Both the position numbers and the translations under genes were made by a program. From positions 2,262 to 66,261 of the forward strand of contig CABYVV010000003.1 in the NCBI GenBank assembly GCA_902522465.1: a stretch of DNA of 64,000 nt, given 5' to 3'. Under the pieces are notes generated by a model. That model did not search any database. It worked only from the letters and a program-made list of their open reading frames with translations, and was not told where the DNA came from. Below are positions 8,498 through 22,145 of this stretch, piece by piece (position 1 is the stretch's first letter; every line of letters starts with the position of its first letter). The stretch comes from an uncultured Alphaproteobacteria bacterium. GTDB taxonomy: Bacteria; Pseudomonadota; Alphaproteobacteria; Methylaequorales; Methylaequoraceae.

Positions 8498-9672
8498 TTG
8501 TATGCCTCAATGCACATGGCTATTCCCTGACCACCCCCTATGCAGAGTGTGGCAATTCCTTTTTGTTTTTTTTGTCTTTTTAGTTCATGAATAAGAGTCA
8601 CTATTACTCTTGCCCCCGACGCTCCTATAGGGTGGCCAAGAGCAATTGCTCCCCCGTTCACATTTACTTTGCTTTTGTCAAGTTCAAGTTCCTTAATTAC
8701 AGCTAAGGATTGGGCAGCAAAAGCCTCATTAGCTTCTATGAGATCAACTTCATCAATTTTCCATTTTGCTATTTTAAGTGCTTTTTTCACTGCAGGAACT
8801 GGTCCTATACCCATAATCTTTGGATCTACACCAACTGATGCTGAGGATATGATCCTTGCAAGTGGTGTTAGTCCCAATTCATTAGCTTTTTCCTCTCTCA
8901 TTATAAGAGTTGCAGCCGCTCCGTCGTTTAATCCTGAGGCGTTTCCAGCAGTTACGGTTCCTTCTTTATCAAACACAGGCTTTAACGCGTTAATTTTTTC
9001 TAATGTGGTTCCGTGTCTTGGAAATTCGTCTTGTTCAAATAGTACTGACTCTTTTTTTATTTTAATTTCTATTGGGCTGATTTCATTTTTAAAGTATCCA
9101 TTTTTTTGAGCTTCTTCTGTTTTATTTTGAGAAAACGTTGCAAATTCATCTTGTTCTTCCTTTGAAATGTTATACTTTCTGGCAATATTCTCAGCGGTTG
9201 TTCCCATATGGTAATTATTCATTGCACACCAAAGACCGTCTATGATCATGCTATCTTTAAGTTTTCCATCTCCCATTTTTAATCCATTTCTGACATTTAT
9301 GGTGTGATGTGCATTAGTCATGCTTTCCTGTCCTCCAGCAATAATTATTTGACTCTGATCAGAGAGAATTGATTGAGCTGCAATAGCTATTGATCTTAAT
9401 CCAGACCCACATACCTGATTAATTGTTATAGCACTGGTTTGCTCAGGTAAATTAGATAACATACAAGCTTGTCTAGATGGATTTTGGCCGGATCCACCAG
9501 TTAAAACTTGCCCCATAATGATTTCGTCAATTAATTCTCTTGGAATTTCAGTATCTGCTATCAGTGAATCTATAACAGCGCTTCCAAGTTCTGGTGCAGA
9601 AAACTCTGATAGACTACCCATAAATTTCCCAATTGGTAATCTTTTTGCTGATGCAATAACAATTTCAGTCAT
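8494..9672 (-). CDS. phbA: acetyl-CoA C-acetyltransferase (thiolase II)
   Basis: Thiolase motifs: active-site Cys in NQVCGSGLRS, NEAFAAQ, GHPIGASGAR and CIGGGQG. Confidence 0.92.
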   Translation of the reverse strand: MTEIVIASAKRLPIGKFMGSLSEFSAPELGSAVIDSLIADTEIPRELIDEIIMGQVLTGGSGQNPSRQACMLSNLPEQTSAITINQVCGSGLRSIAIAAQSILSDQSQIIIAGGQESMTNAHHTINVRNGLKMGDGKLKDSMIIDGLWCAMNNYHMGTTAENIARKYNISKEEQDEFATFSQNKTEEAQKNGYFKNEISPIEIKIKKESVLFEQDEFPRHGTTLEKINALKPVFDKEGTVTAGNASGLNDGAAATLIMREEKANELGLTPLARIISSASVGVDPKIMGIGPVPAVKKALKIAKWKIDEVDLIEANEAFAAQSLAVIKELELDKSKVNVNGGAIALGHPIGASGARVIVTLIHELKRQKKQKGIATLCIGGGQGIAMCIEAYK

Positions 9673-9759
9673 AATTTACAATATTCTCAAGTTAGATAAC
9701 ACAAAAATTCTTAATATAACAATAAAATATCTTAAAGTTCAATAATTGATAAAATTTTC

Positions 9760-9787
9760 TTGATAATTCTAAGTTAGGTTGTATAAC
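9760..9787 (+). promoter_or_regulatory. candidate sigma70-type promoter for the rplU-rpmA-obg string
   Basis: TTGATA (9760-9765), a 16-nt spacer, then TATAAC (9782-9787), about 28 nt upstream of the rplU ATG. Pattern match only, in an AT-rich spacer. Confidence 0.3.
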
Positions 9788-9814
9788 AAGTATTCATGAT
9801 AACAGGTTGGTTAA

Positions 9815-10208
9815 ATGACTATAATTTTTCAGAACAGAGGCAAACAATATAAAACTAAAGTTGGAGATTTTATAAAACTTCCCAAAATTCCTGATTTAAA
9901 AAAAAACGATTCTGTGTTGTTCAATGAAATCATTTTTTTTAAGAACGAAAAAGGTGAGTCTCTAATAGGCTCTCCCATGGTTAAAGATATTGTAATAAAA
10001 GCTAAGGTTATTGACCAAATTAAAGATAAGAAAATTATTGTTTTTAAAAAGAAAAGAAGACACAACTACAGAAGAAAGATTGGTCATAGGCAAGACCTAA
10101 CACTATTAAAAATAGAGGAAATTCAAAAGAAGAAAGCATCCACTAAAACAACAAGTGAAAATAATAAGAAACCTACAGCTGAATCAATAGAAAACAAAGG
10201 AGAATCAA

Positions 10209-10219
<11 letters not shown>
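9815..10219 (+). CDS. rplU: 50S ribosomal protein L21 with a C-terminal K/T/E-rich tail of about 30 aa
   Basis: N-terminus [10 protein letters not shown] and [16 protein letters not shown] are typical of bL21. It is followed by rpmA with an 11-nt overlap. Confidence 0.9.
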
Positions 10220-12568
<2,349 letters not shown>

Positions 12569-12576
<8 letters not shown>

Positions 12577-13837
12577 CAAAAAGCAAATAGAAGACCAAGT
12601 ATTAGAAATAGGTGCTAAAGCCAAAAGAGCGTCTTTAAAAGTTTCTTTATTGTCCAAAAGAGTGAAAAATCAAATTTTATTAGATGCATCCAAGAATTTA
12701 CAAAAAAATAAAAAAATTATTATAACAAAAAATAAACTTGATATTAAGAAGCATAAAGATAAGTTGAACTCAGCATTACTTGATCGACTTATGTTAAACT
12801 CAGACAGAGTCGATAGTATATGCAAAGGTTTGGAAGACATAGCTATTTTAGACGATCCAGTTGGAAAAAATCTAGGAGAATGGTCAAGACCCAACGGATT
12901 AAAAATACAGAAAGTGTCTATTCCACTCGGAGTGATAGGTGTTATTTATGAATCAAGACCTAACGTTGCAGCAGATGCAGCGGGTCTATGTTTAAAATCA
13001 GGTAACGCTCTTATTCTTCGAGGAGGTAGTGAAAGTTTCAATTCATCGTCAGTAATAGTGAAAATAATCAAACAATCTATGAAAAAGTTTGGTCTTCCTG
13101 ATGGAACATTACAAAATATTCCTACTACAGATAGATCAGCAGTTGGAGCTTTACTGAAAATGGACAATTATGTTGATGTAATTATACCAAGAGGTGGGAG
13201 GTCTTTAATTGAGAGGGTTAGTAAGGAAAGCAGGGTACATGTTATAAAACATTTAGATGGAATATGTCACACTTATATACATAAATCATCAGATCAAAAT
13301 ATTTGTGAGAAAGTTACATTCAATGCAAAAATGAGAAGGCCAGGGATATGTGGTGCAACTGAAACAATTTTATGTGACTTTGGTGTAATAAAAACGCATC
13401 TACCAAAATTAATTGAGTCATTAAAGAAAAATGGATGTGAAGTTAGAGGAGACCAAGAAATAAAAAAAATTGATTCCTCTGTAAAATTAGCTAAATATAA
13501 TGATTGGTCAACTGAGTACTTAGATAAGATAGTTTCTATAAAAACTATCAAAAAAGGCATAGAGGAAGCAGTTGAACATATAAATTATTTTGGTTCGGGT
13601 CACACAGATGCCATCATTACCGAAGATAAAAAAGCTGCAGAATTTTTTTTGAACAATGTCGATAGTGGAATTGTAATGCATAACACATCAACCCAATTTG
13701 CCGATGGAGGTGAATTTGGAATGGGTGCAGAAATAGGAATCTCAACTTCTAAGGTTCACGCAAGAGGTCCAGTAGGAGTTTCACAGCTCACAAGTTTCAA
13801 ATACAAAGTTAGAGGCAAGGGACAAGTAAGACCTTGA
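12569..13837 (+). CDS. proA: gamma-glutamyl phosphate reductase
   Basis: Motifs VIGVIYESRPNV, NALILRGGSE and GHTDAIITED; the active-site Cys context is ICGATETIL. Confidence 0.95.
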
Positions 13838-13846
13838 TTTTAAAAT

Positions 13847-14407
13847 TTGAATAAAAAGTATATTGGAATTTTGGGAGGTACATTTGATCCACCTCATAAT
13901 GGACATGTTTTTATTAGTAAATATGCGATTTTAAGACTCAACTTAAAAGAGGTATGGTGGATTGTTACTTTTAGCAATCCTCTTAAAAAACAAAGTAGTA
14001 GCTATAAAAAAAGGATCTCGCTTACTAAAAAATTTCTTCGCTCAACCAATATTAAGTTATTGGAAATAAATAAAAATGATAATAAATATGCAATCGATAC
14101 TATTATTTACCTAAAAAAAAAATTTAAACAAAAAAAATTTATTTGGTTGATGGGAACAGATAACTTAAAAAATCTTCACTTGTGGAAGGATTGGAAAAAT
14201 TTTTTTTATAACATTCCCATTGCAATTTTCGATAGACCATCTTACTCTTTTAATATAACAAAAAGCAAGGCTTTGTTATTTTTTAGGAAGGCTAGAATTA
14301 AAAATAATTTTTTAAAAAAATCGGATTTGCACTTACCACCAAAGTGGATTTTTGTAAGTGGTATGAAAAAAAAATCAATCCTCATCAGATTTAAGAAAAG
14401 TTCATGA
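13847..14407 (+). CDS. nadD: nicotinate-nucleotide adenylyltransferase
   Basis: TTG start. GILGGTFDPPHNGH is the (H/T)xGH nucleotidyltransferase motif. It sits in the conserved proA-nadD-rsfS-rlmH order. Confidence 0.82.
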   Translation: MNKKYIGILGGTFDPPHNGHVFISKYAILRLNLKEVWWIVTFSNPLKKQSSSYKKRISLTKKFLRSTNIKLLEINKNDNKYAIDTIIYLKKKFKQKKFIWLMGTDNLKNLHLWKDWKNFFYNIPIAIFDRPSYSFNITKSKALLFFRKARIKNNFLKKSDLHLPPKWIFVSGMKKKSILIRFKKSS

Positions 14408-14760
14408 AAATTAATTTAACCGTTAAAACCCTTCTAAAAAAAATTGTCAAAGATTTAGAGGAACTTAAAGCAAAAAACATAGAGGTGCTAGATATAAAAA
14501 ATAGAAGTGCCCTCGGTGATTACATGATTGTGGTGAGTGGAACTTCATCCAGACATGTTAATGCGATTGTTAATAAGATTGTTAAATCTCACAAAAAAAA
14601 TATAATTTCAACTGAAGGACTTAAATCAACAGATTGGTCAATTGTTGATTTTGGCGATATAATTCTTAATGTTTTTAAACCAGAGGCAAGACAACATTAT
14701 TCATTAGAAAAAATATGGAAAGATAACGATCTTAAAGATGAAAAAATTGGATTCGGTTAA
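14404..14760 (+). CDS. rsfS: ribosome silencing factor RsfS (iojap family)
   Basis: About 118 aa, with DYMIVVSGTSSRHV and DFGDIILNVF motifs. Synteny supports the call. Confidence 0.85.
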   Translation: MKINLTVKTLLKKIVKDLEELKAKNIEVLDIKNRSALGDYMIVVSGTSSRHVNAIVNKIVKSHKKNIISTEGLKSTDWSIVDFGDIILNVFKPEARQHYSLEKIWKDNDLKDEKIGFG

Positions 14761-14762
14761 TA

Positions 14763-15209
14763 ATGATGATCAATATATTATCTCTGGGTAGATTTAAATT
14801 AAATCAGAATTACAGACAAATATTTGAATATTACAGAAAAAGGATAAGGATTAAAACAAATATAATTGAAATAAAAACTTATAATACTGATAATAAAATC
14901 AAATTAGAAAAAAATGAGATTCTTAAGTACATCAAAAATGAAGATTATGTTGTAGCACTTAATAAAGGAGGTGAAGAAATTACTAGTTTAGGTTTTTCAA
15001 ATTTAATAAAAAATAATCTGGACAATGGATGTAAAAAAATTAATTTTATTATTGGAAGCGAAGACGGATTGGATGAATATTTTGAGAAATCTTTCAAAAA
15101 CATTTCCATGGGAAAACAAACCTGGCCTCACTTATTGGTTCGAGTTATGCTTATAGAGCAAATTTACAGAGCTTTTGAAATTATTAAGAATTCTCATTAT
15201 CATAGATAA
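14763..15209 (+). CDS. rlmH: 23S rRNA (pseudouridine1915-N3)-methyltransferase
   Basis: SPOUT-family C-terminus FIIGSEDGL...MGKQTWPHLLVRVMLIEQIYRA, about 148 aa. Confidence 0.85.
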   Translation: MMINILSLGRFKLNQNYRQIFEYYRKRIRIKTNIIEIKTYNTDNKIKLEKNEILKYIKNEDYVVALNKGGEEITSLGFSNLIKNNLDNGCKKINFIIGSEDGLDEYFEKSFKNISMGKQTWPHLLVRVMLIEQIYRAFEIIKNSHYHR

Positions 15210-15218
15210 GAATAGAAT

Positions 15219-16724
15219 ATGTTAAAGAGAGTTTTGTTATGTATTCTAGATGGATGGGGTTTAGGAGAAAACGATGGGTCTAATGCAATTTCAATAGCCA
15301 ATACCCCAAATTTCGATTTCTTATCTACCAAGTATGATTTTATAAAACTTATGGCTTCTGAGAATGATGTTGGACTTCCAAATGGTCAGTTTGGTAACTC
15401 TGAAGTTGGTCATACAAATATTGGAGCAGGAAGGATTATTATGCAAGACATAATGAGAATAAGTAGGTCATTTGATAATGATGAACTGAGGGATAATGAA
15501 ACAATAAAAAAGGTCAAAACAAACTGTAAAAGAATACATCTCATAGGTCTTGTTTCTGATGGGGGTGTTCATGGTCATCAAAAACATCTCTTTGATTTGA
15601 TAGAAATTCTAAACCAAAAAGATTCAGAAATTCTTATTCATTGTATTTTAGATGGTAGGGACAGTTCACCTCTAGGTGGTATCGAAAATATCAAACAATT
15701 AAAAAAAATAATAGGAAAAAGAAAAAATATAAAAATAGCAAGTATTTCTGGAAGATTTTTCGCAATGGATAGAGATAATAGATGGGATAGGGTCGAAAAA
15801 GCATACAAAGCAATAATTGAAGGAACCGCTCAAAAGAAAAGTAATCAAATAGATGCAATTGAAGAAAGTTACAAAAAACATGTAACCGATGAATTCTTTG
15901 AGCCCACTAACTTTGAAAATTACGATGGTGCCAGAAATGGAGACGGTTTTTTTATTACCAATTTTAGAGCTGATAGAGTTAGAGAATTGTTATCCGCAAT
16001 ATTTGATGAAGATTTTGATTTTTTTAATAGAAAATACAAACCAGTTTTTTTTGATCCCATAAGTATGATTGAATACTCGAAAAGGCTTAAGAAAAAAATT
16101 AAACCAATATTTGAAAATATTAAAATCGAAAATACAATTGGTGAAGTTATTTCTTCTAATAATCTTAAACAACTAAGAATAGCTGAAACTGAAAAATATG
16201 CACATGTCACTTATTTCTTTAATGGAGGTGTCGAGGAAACATTTGAAGGAGAAGAAAGAATATTAGTTCCCTCTCCAAGAGTTAAAACTTATGACAGGAA
16301 GCCAGAAATGTCTGCATATGAGGTTAAAAGCCAAATACTAAAAAATTTAAAAATAAAAGATTATGATTTTATTGTTGCAAATTTTGCTAATCCCGACATG
16401 GTTGGCCATACAGGAGATATCAGTGCAACTGCAAAGGCCGTTGAGGTAGTCGACGAGTGTATTGGGGAAATATATAATGAATGTAAGAAAAATGATTATT
16501 TGTTAATTGTAACGTCAGACCATGGGAATGCTGACTTTATGTTTGACAAAAAGAATAAATTAACTTGTACCACACATTCATTAAATCCAGTTCCGTTTAT
16601 AATATGTAAAGAAATAGATTATGCAAAAAGAGAAGGGAAATTAGCAGACATTGCTCCTACAATTCTAAAAATTCTTAATATAAGAATACCGAATGAGATG
16701 AATGGAGATGAATTAATTAAATGA
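15219..16724 (+). CDS. gpmI: 2,3-bisphosphoglycerate-independent phosphoglycerate mutase
   Basis: ILDGWG, NSEVGHTNIGAGR, SDGGVHGH and TSDHGNA motifs, 501 aa. Confidence 0.95.
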   Translation: MLKRVLLCILDGWGLGENDGSNAISIANTPNFDFLSTKYDFIKLMASENDVGLPNGQFGNSEVGHTNIGAGRIIMQDIMRISRSFDNDELRDNETIKKVKTNCKRIHLIGLVSDGGVHGHQKHLFDLIEILNQKDSEILIHCILDGRDSSPLGGIENIKQLKKIIGKRKNIKIASISGRFFAMDRDNRWDRVEKAYKAIIEGTAQKKSNQIDAIEESYKKHVTDEFFEPTNFENYDGARNGDGFFITNFRADRVRELLSAIFDEDFDFFNRKYKPVFFDPISMIEYSKRLKKKIKPIFENIKIENTIGEVISSNNLKQLRIAETEKYAHVTYFFNGGVEETFEGEERILVPSPRVKTYDRKPEMSAYEVKSQILKNLKIKDYDFIVANFANPDMVGHTGDISATAKAVEVVDECIGEIYNECKKNDYLLIVTSDHGNADFMFDKKNKLTCTTHSLNPVPFIICKEIDYAKREGKLADIAPTILKILNIRIPNEMNGDELIK

Positions 16725-17734
16725 AGACACTATTTATTTTTTTTCTAATTTATTTATTTAGTGTTTGTTCTTTCTCTGCTGATTTAAAATTAAAAAATAA
16801 ACTTAATGGCTTAAAAAGACAAACTGTTAAAATTCATAATGAATTTCTAATTAATAATAAAGAATTAAAAAAAATAAAAATTGATATTAATAGAAATAGC
16901 CAAAAAAAAATTATCTTTAATAAATACATTAAAGACAAAGATTTACTGGGAAGAAGAATTGTTTTTTTATTACAAGACAAATTTTATACAAACCAATTTA
17001 CAAGGCTGGTTAAAAACTTGAATCATTCTTCTGATGATGTAATAACTAAACAAATAATAAGAGAGTTCTTTTTAAAAGAAGTTAAAATAGGAATTAATCA
17101 ATATTTTCTGAATTTAGAAAATTTAAAATCATTAGAAGAAGAGTTAGCAAATGAGTTAGAAAACTATAAGAAGAAGAAGAAAAAACTTAAAAAAAAATTA
17201 AGAACTCTTGAAAATAAAATTAAAGAAGTAGCAAAACTCCAAAAAAAAATTAAATCTGATAAAAAACTTAAATTAAAAGCAAAAAAACTTAAAGAAAAAG
17301 CCAAAAATCTTAATGATCTTGTTAAAGCAGCAGACACAAAAAGAAAAATAATTTCTAAAATAAAATCAAAAATTAAAATGCCTGTTTCAGGAGATATTAT
17401 TTCTGATTATGGCCAAGGAAAAGATTTACATAAATTAAAAAATGGATTGGTATTTAAGGTAAAAGAGGAATCATTTGTAACATCTCCAATGAATGGTACA
17501 GTTGTTTATGCTGATAAATTTAGGAGTTTAGGTAATCTGGTAATGATTGAAGATAATATGGGTTTTACCTCAGTCTTGATTGGGATGAAAAATCTATTAA
17601 TTTCTGCTGGCAATGAAGTTTTGATAGGAGAACCAATTGCGAAAATATCATCAACAATCAAAAGTCAACTTTACTTTGAGTTGAGAGAAAATGGAAAAAT
17701 TATCGATCCTAAATCAAAAGTTGAGATTTTGTAA
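16721..17734 (+). CDS. EnvC-like murein hydrolase activator (coiled coil plus degenerate LytM/M23 domain)
   Basis: Signal peptide, a long K/E/L-rich coiled-coil region and a C-terminal LytM fold (GNLVMIED...SQLYFELRENGKIIDP) that lacks the HxxxD and HxH metal ligands. It sits in the gpmI-envC-ctpA order common in alphaproteobacteria. Confidence 0.65.
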   Translation: MKTLFIFFLIYLFSVCSFSADLKLKNKLNGLKRQTVKIHNEFLINNKELKKIKIDINRNSQKKIIFNKYIKDKDLLGRRIVFLLQDKFYTNQFTRLVKNLNHSSDDVITKQIIREFFLKEVKIGINQYFLNLENLKSLEEELANELENYKKKKKKLKKKLRTLENKIKEVAKLQKKIKSDKKLKLKAKKLKEKAKNLNDLVKAADTKRKIISKIKSKIKMPVSGDIISDYGQGKDLHKLKNGLVFKVKEESFVTSPMNGTVVYADKFRSLGNLVMIEDNMGFTSVLIGMKNLLISAGNEVLIGEPIAKISSTIKSQLYFELRENGKIIDPKSKVEIL

Positions 17735-17778
17735 AAAACCTGCATAATCAAAAATATATATTTTATAATAATAGTTTT

Positions 17779-19020
17779 ATGAAAAAATTTATTTTAATTT
17801 TTACTGTTTTTATATTTTCTTCATTAGCGAAAGCTGAAGAGGATAGAGATGTATATAAATATCTAAATTTATTTGGTGAAGCATTTGAAAAAATAAAAAA
17901 TAATTATGTTGAGGATGTAACATCAAAAGATCTAATTGAATCAGCTATCGAAGGAATGTTAAGTTCTCTTGATCCCCATTCAACTTACTTAAATTATGAT
18001 GAATTGAATGAACTTAAAGTTCAAACAAAAGGTGAATTTGGAGGTCTAGGAATTGAGGTAACGCTTGAAAATGGTTTTGTAAAAGTTATAGCTCCAATTG
18101 ACGACACACCTGCTGCTAAAGCTGGAATAAAGTCAGGTGATTTGATAACCCATTTAGACGATGAACCAGTTTTAGGAATGACATTATCAGAGGCAGTAAC
18201 AATAATGAGAGGTAAGGTCGGTTCAAGAATAAAGCTAACTGTAAATAGAAATGAGAATGAAAATCTTGATATAATTATAACAAGAGCAATAATTCAACTT
18301 AAAGCGGTTAAGGCTAAAATTGAAGACAATATTGGTTATATAAGAGTGTCTTCATTTAATCAAAAAGTTGATAGACAAATAATTGAATCAATTAATAATT
18401 TTAATAATGAAAAGTTGATAGGTTACGTTCTAGATTTAAGAAACAATCCAGGCGGCTTACTTGATCAAGCTGTAAATGTTACTGATATATTTTTAGAAAG
18501 AGGAGAGATAGTTTCTACTAGAGGTAAAAATGGAAAACAAGGCAGTAGATATAATGCTGTAAAAAAAGATCTTACAAATGGTCTTCCACTCGTTGTTTTA
18601 ATTAATCAAGGAAGTGCATCGGCATCTGAGATTGTTGCTGGGGCTCTTCAAGATCACAAAAGAGCTATAATAATGGGGACCAAATCTTTCGGAAAAGGAT
18701 CAGTGCAGACAATCATTCCTTCTGGTGAAGACGTCGCAATTAAACTAACTACTGCTAAATATTATACACCTTCAGGAAGGTCAATCCAAAAAACTGGAAT
18801 AGATCCTGATATACTAGTAGAGCAAGTTGAACTCAAAAAAGTTGACTTAAACTCAAGTAGAAAAGAATCTGATCTTAGAGGAGCTATTGATAATGATCAA
18901 GTAGATCAAGAGGATTCAAAAAACAAGCCTTCAGATAAAAATGAAATTGATGATTATCAACTCACGAGAGCATTCGATCTTATTTCAGCAATCAATCTTA
19001 TAAATAAATCAATAAACTAA
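17779..19020 (+). CDS. ctpA: carboxy-terminal processing protease (S41 family)
   Basis: Signal peptide, PDZ region GGLGIEV...PAAKAGIKSGD, and S41 catalytic region NQGSASASEIVAGALQD...KSFGKGSVQ. Confidence 0.9.
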   Translation: MKKFILIFTVFIFSSLAKAEEDRDVYKYLNLFGEAFEKIKNNYVEDVTSKDLIESAIEGMLSSLDPHSTYLNYDELNELKVQTKGEFGGLGIEVTLENGFVKVIAPIDDTPAAKAGIKSGDLITHLDDEPVLGMTLSEAVTIMRGKVGSRIKLTVNRNENENLDIIITRAIIQLKAVKAKIEDNIGYIRVSSFNQKVDRQIIESINNFNNEKLIGYVLDLRNNPGGLLDQAVNVTDIFLERGEIVSTRGKNGKQGSRYNAVKKDLTNGLPLVVLINQGSASASEIVAGALQDHKRAIIMGTKSFGKGSVQTIIPSGEDVAIKLTTAKYYTPSGRSIQKTGIDPDILVEQVELKKVDLNSSRKESDLRGAIDNDQVDQEDSKNKPSDKNEIDDYQLTRAFDLISAINLINKSIN

Positions 19021-19034
19021 ATTGTGACGTTTCG

Positions 19035-19502
19035 ATGAATGAAAAATATCGAAAGGGAATAGGTGTTTTCTTAATAAATACAGATAACAAATTATGGGTT
19101 GGTCAAAGACTAGATCATAAAAATGAATATTGGCAAATGCCTCAGGGAGGGATTGACGACAAAGAATCGCCAGAGGAGGCGATGAAAAGAGAGCTTATGG
19201 AAGAAACAGGTCTAGGTGAAAATTATAAAATACTCGGGACTTCAAGTTCGTGGTTCAGATATCAACTTCCTTCAAATTTAGTTAATGTTATCTGGGGAGG
19301 AAAATATAAAGGACAAGAACAGCTTTGGTTTGCTTGTAAGTTTTATGGGAGTGATGTGGAAGTAAATTTGAACAGATTTTCTAAACCAGAATTTTTCAAA
19401 TGGAGATGGATAAATCCGAGTGATTCTGTGAATTTAGCAGTTCCCTTTAAAAAAGAACTATATAGTTTGGTTTTAGATGAATTTAGTAAATTTTTAGTCT
19501 AA
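19035..19502 (+). CDS. rppH: RNA pyrophosphohydrolase (NUDIX)
   Basis: YRKGIGVFL...WQMPQGGIDDKESPEEAMKRELMEETG contains the Nudix box, about 155 aa. Confidence 0.85.
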   Translation: MNEKYRKGIGVFLINTDNKLWVGQRLDHKNEYWQMPQGGIDDKESPEEAMKRELMEETGLGENYKILGTSSSWFRYQLPSNLVNVIWGGKYKGQEQLWFACKFYGSDVEVNLNRFSKPEFFKWRWINPSDSVNLAVPFKKELYSLVLDEFSKFLV

Positions 19503-19834
19503 GAGTAATATATTTTTTTTAATATTTTAGTTTTTAATTGATCCATTTCATCGTTTTTTTCAGAAGATTTAAAGTCTTTAGATCTAACAATATCTTCGGT
19601 CAGTAAAACACAACTTTGATTAGTGACTTCAACAATGCCAGTATTAACTAAAAACGAGTCAATTATTTTTTTTTCCTTGTAAATATAAATTAATCCAAGT
19701 CTTAGATAAGTTAAAAATGGCATATGATTTTTTAATATACCAAAGTCACCTTCTATACCAGGCATTATTACAAGGTCTATATTTTCATTATAAATAACTT
19801 GGTCTGGCGTGATTATTTCAAGGTTAAATGACAT
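19499..19834 (-). CDS. atpC: F1 ATP synthase epsilon subunit (short, 111 aa)
   Basis: It is the last gene of the atpHAGDC string. The N-terminal beta-sandwich starts LEIITPDQVIY...PGIEGDFGIL. Confidence 0.85.
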   Translation of the reverse strand: MSFNLEIITPDQVIYNENIDLVIMPGIEGDFGILKNHMPFLTYLRLGLIYIYKEKKIIDSFLVNTGIVEVTNQSCVLLTEDIVRSKDFKSSEKNDEMDQLKTKILKKIYYS

Positions 19835-19843
19835 TAGATATAT

Positions 19844-21259
<1,416 letters not shown>

Positions 21260-21275
21260 TTAATCTCCTTTATTA

Positions 21276-22145
21276 TTAAACTGCTTCTGCTCCTGATATA
21301 ATTTCAATAAGTTCTTTTGTTATTAATGCTTGCCTAGACCTATTATAGAAAAGTGTAAGATTGTCAATCATATCATTAGCGTTTCTTGTTGCATTGTCCA
21401 TTGCAGTCATTCTAGATCCTTGCTCGCTTGCCAGATTTTCTAAAAGTGCAGTATGGATTTGAATAGCAATATTCTTAGGAATTATTTCATTTAGTATGAC
21501 TTCTTCATCAGGTTCAAAATCATAAAGCTGGTTAACAGATTCTTTATCATTTTCTAATTCCTGTTGTTTTAATGGTAAAAGTTGAAGTGATTCTACAGTT
21601 TGTGAAATTGCACTCTTGAATTTTGTATAAACTAAATGACATTCGTCTATTGTATTTTCTAAAAAGAGTTTTAAGATTTTATCTCTAATTGTTTTAGCCA
21701 AGTCAAATTCAACAGAAGGGTTGGCTATATCTGTGAAATTTTCTAAGATTGAATCTTTACAGATTCTTCTCAAGGAAAAATAAGCTTTTTTTCCAACAAA
21801 TATGTAACTAATATTTAAACCTTTATTTGATAACTCCATGGATAGTTTTTTTGAAAATTTTATAATAGAACCATTAAATCCACCACATAATCCTCGGTCA
21901 GCAGAGCAAATGATTAAAAGGACGTTTTTGGTTTTTCTTTCTCCAAATTTAAATTCTTTTGAACCTTGATTCTTGACCAAAGAGCTTACGATTTCACTCA
22001 TTTTTTTTGCATATGGCCTTGTTTGTTCTGCATTATTTTGTGCACGTTTTAATTTGGCTGCAGCAACCATTTTCATGGCCGATGTTATTTTTTTTGTAGA
22101 TTTTACACTCGATATTCTATTTCTTAAATCTTTAAGACTTGGCAT
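21276..22145 (-). CDS. atpG: F1 ATP synthase gamma subunit
   Basis: [33 protein letters not shown]-terminus and [15 protein letters not shown]-terminus. Confidence 0.95.
   Translation of the reverse strand: MPSLKDLRNRISSVKSTKKITSAMKMVAAAKLKRAQNNAEQTRPYAKKMSEIVSSLVKNQGSKEFKFGERKTKNVLLIICSADRGLCGGFNGSIIKFSKKLSMELSNKGLNISYIFVGKKAYFSLRRICKDSILENFTDIANPSVEFDLAKTIRDKILKLFLENTIDECHLVYTKFKSAISQTVESLQLLPLKQQELENDKESVNQLYDFEPDEEVILNEIIPKNIAIQIHTALLENLASEQGSRMTAMDNATRNANDMIDNLTLFYNRSRQALITKELIEIISGAEAV

Noticed and set aside
8669-9109. A 146-aa ORF antisense to the thiolase gene.
   Set aside because: It lies fully within a highly conserved, relatively GC-rich gene, where stop codons are rare on the opposite strand. 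Its Ser/Ala/Phe-rich nonsense composition fits an artefact.
9673-9814. The longest spacer (142 nt), checked for a tRNA or small RNA. It also contains an 18-codon uORF (ATG at 9796) overlapping the rplU start.
   Set aside because: There are no cloverleaf-compatible stems or GC-rich helices. The uORF has no SD and is best explained by chance in AT-rich sequence. Only a promoter-like TTGATA-16-TATAAC is reported.
14366-14374. A possible frameshift at an A9 run truncating nadD (odd C-terminus KKKSILIRFKKSS).
   Set aside because: SILIR aligns with the conserved C-terminal S-x-x-IR motif of NadD, the length (186 aa) is normal, and the downstream rsfS overlaps with ATGA. The frame is therefore intact.
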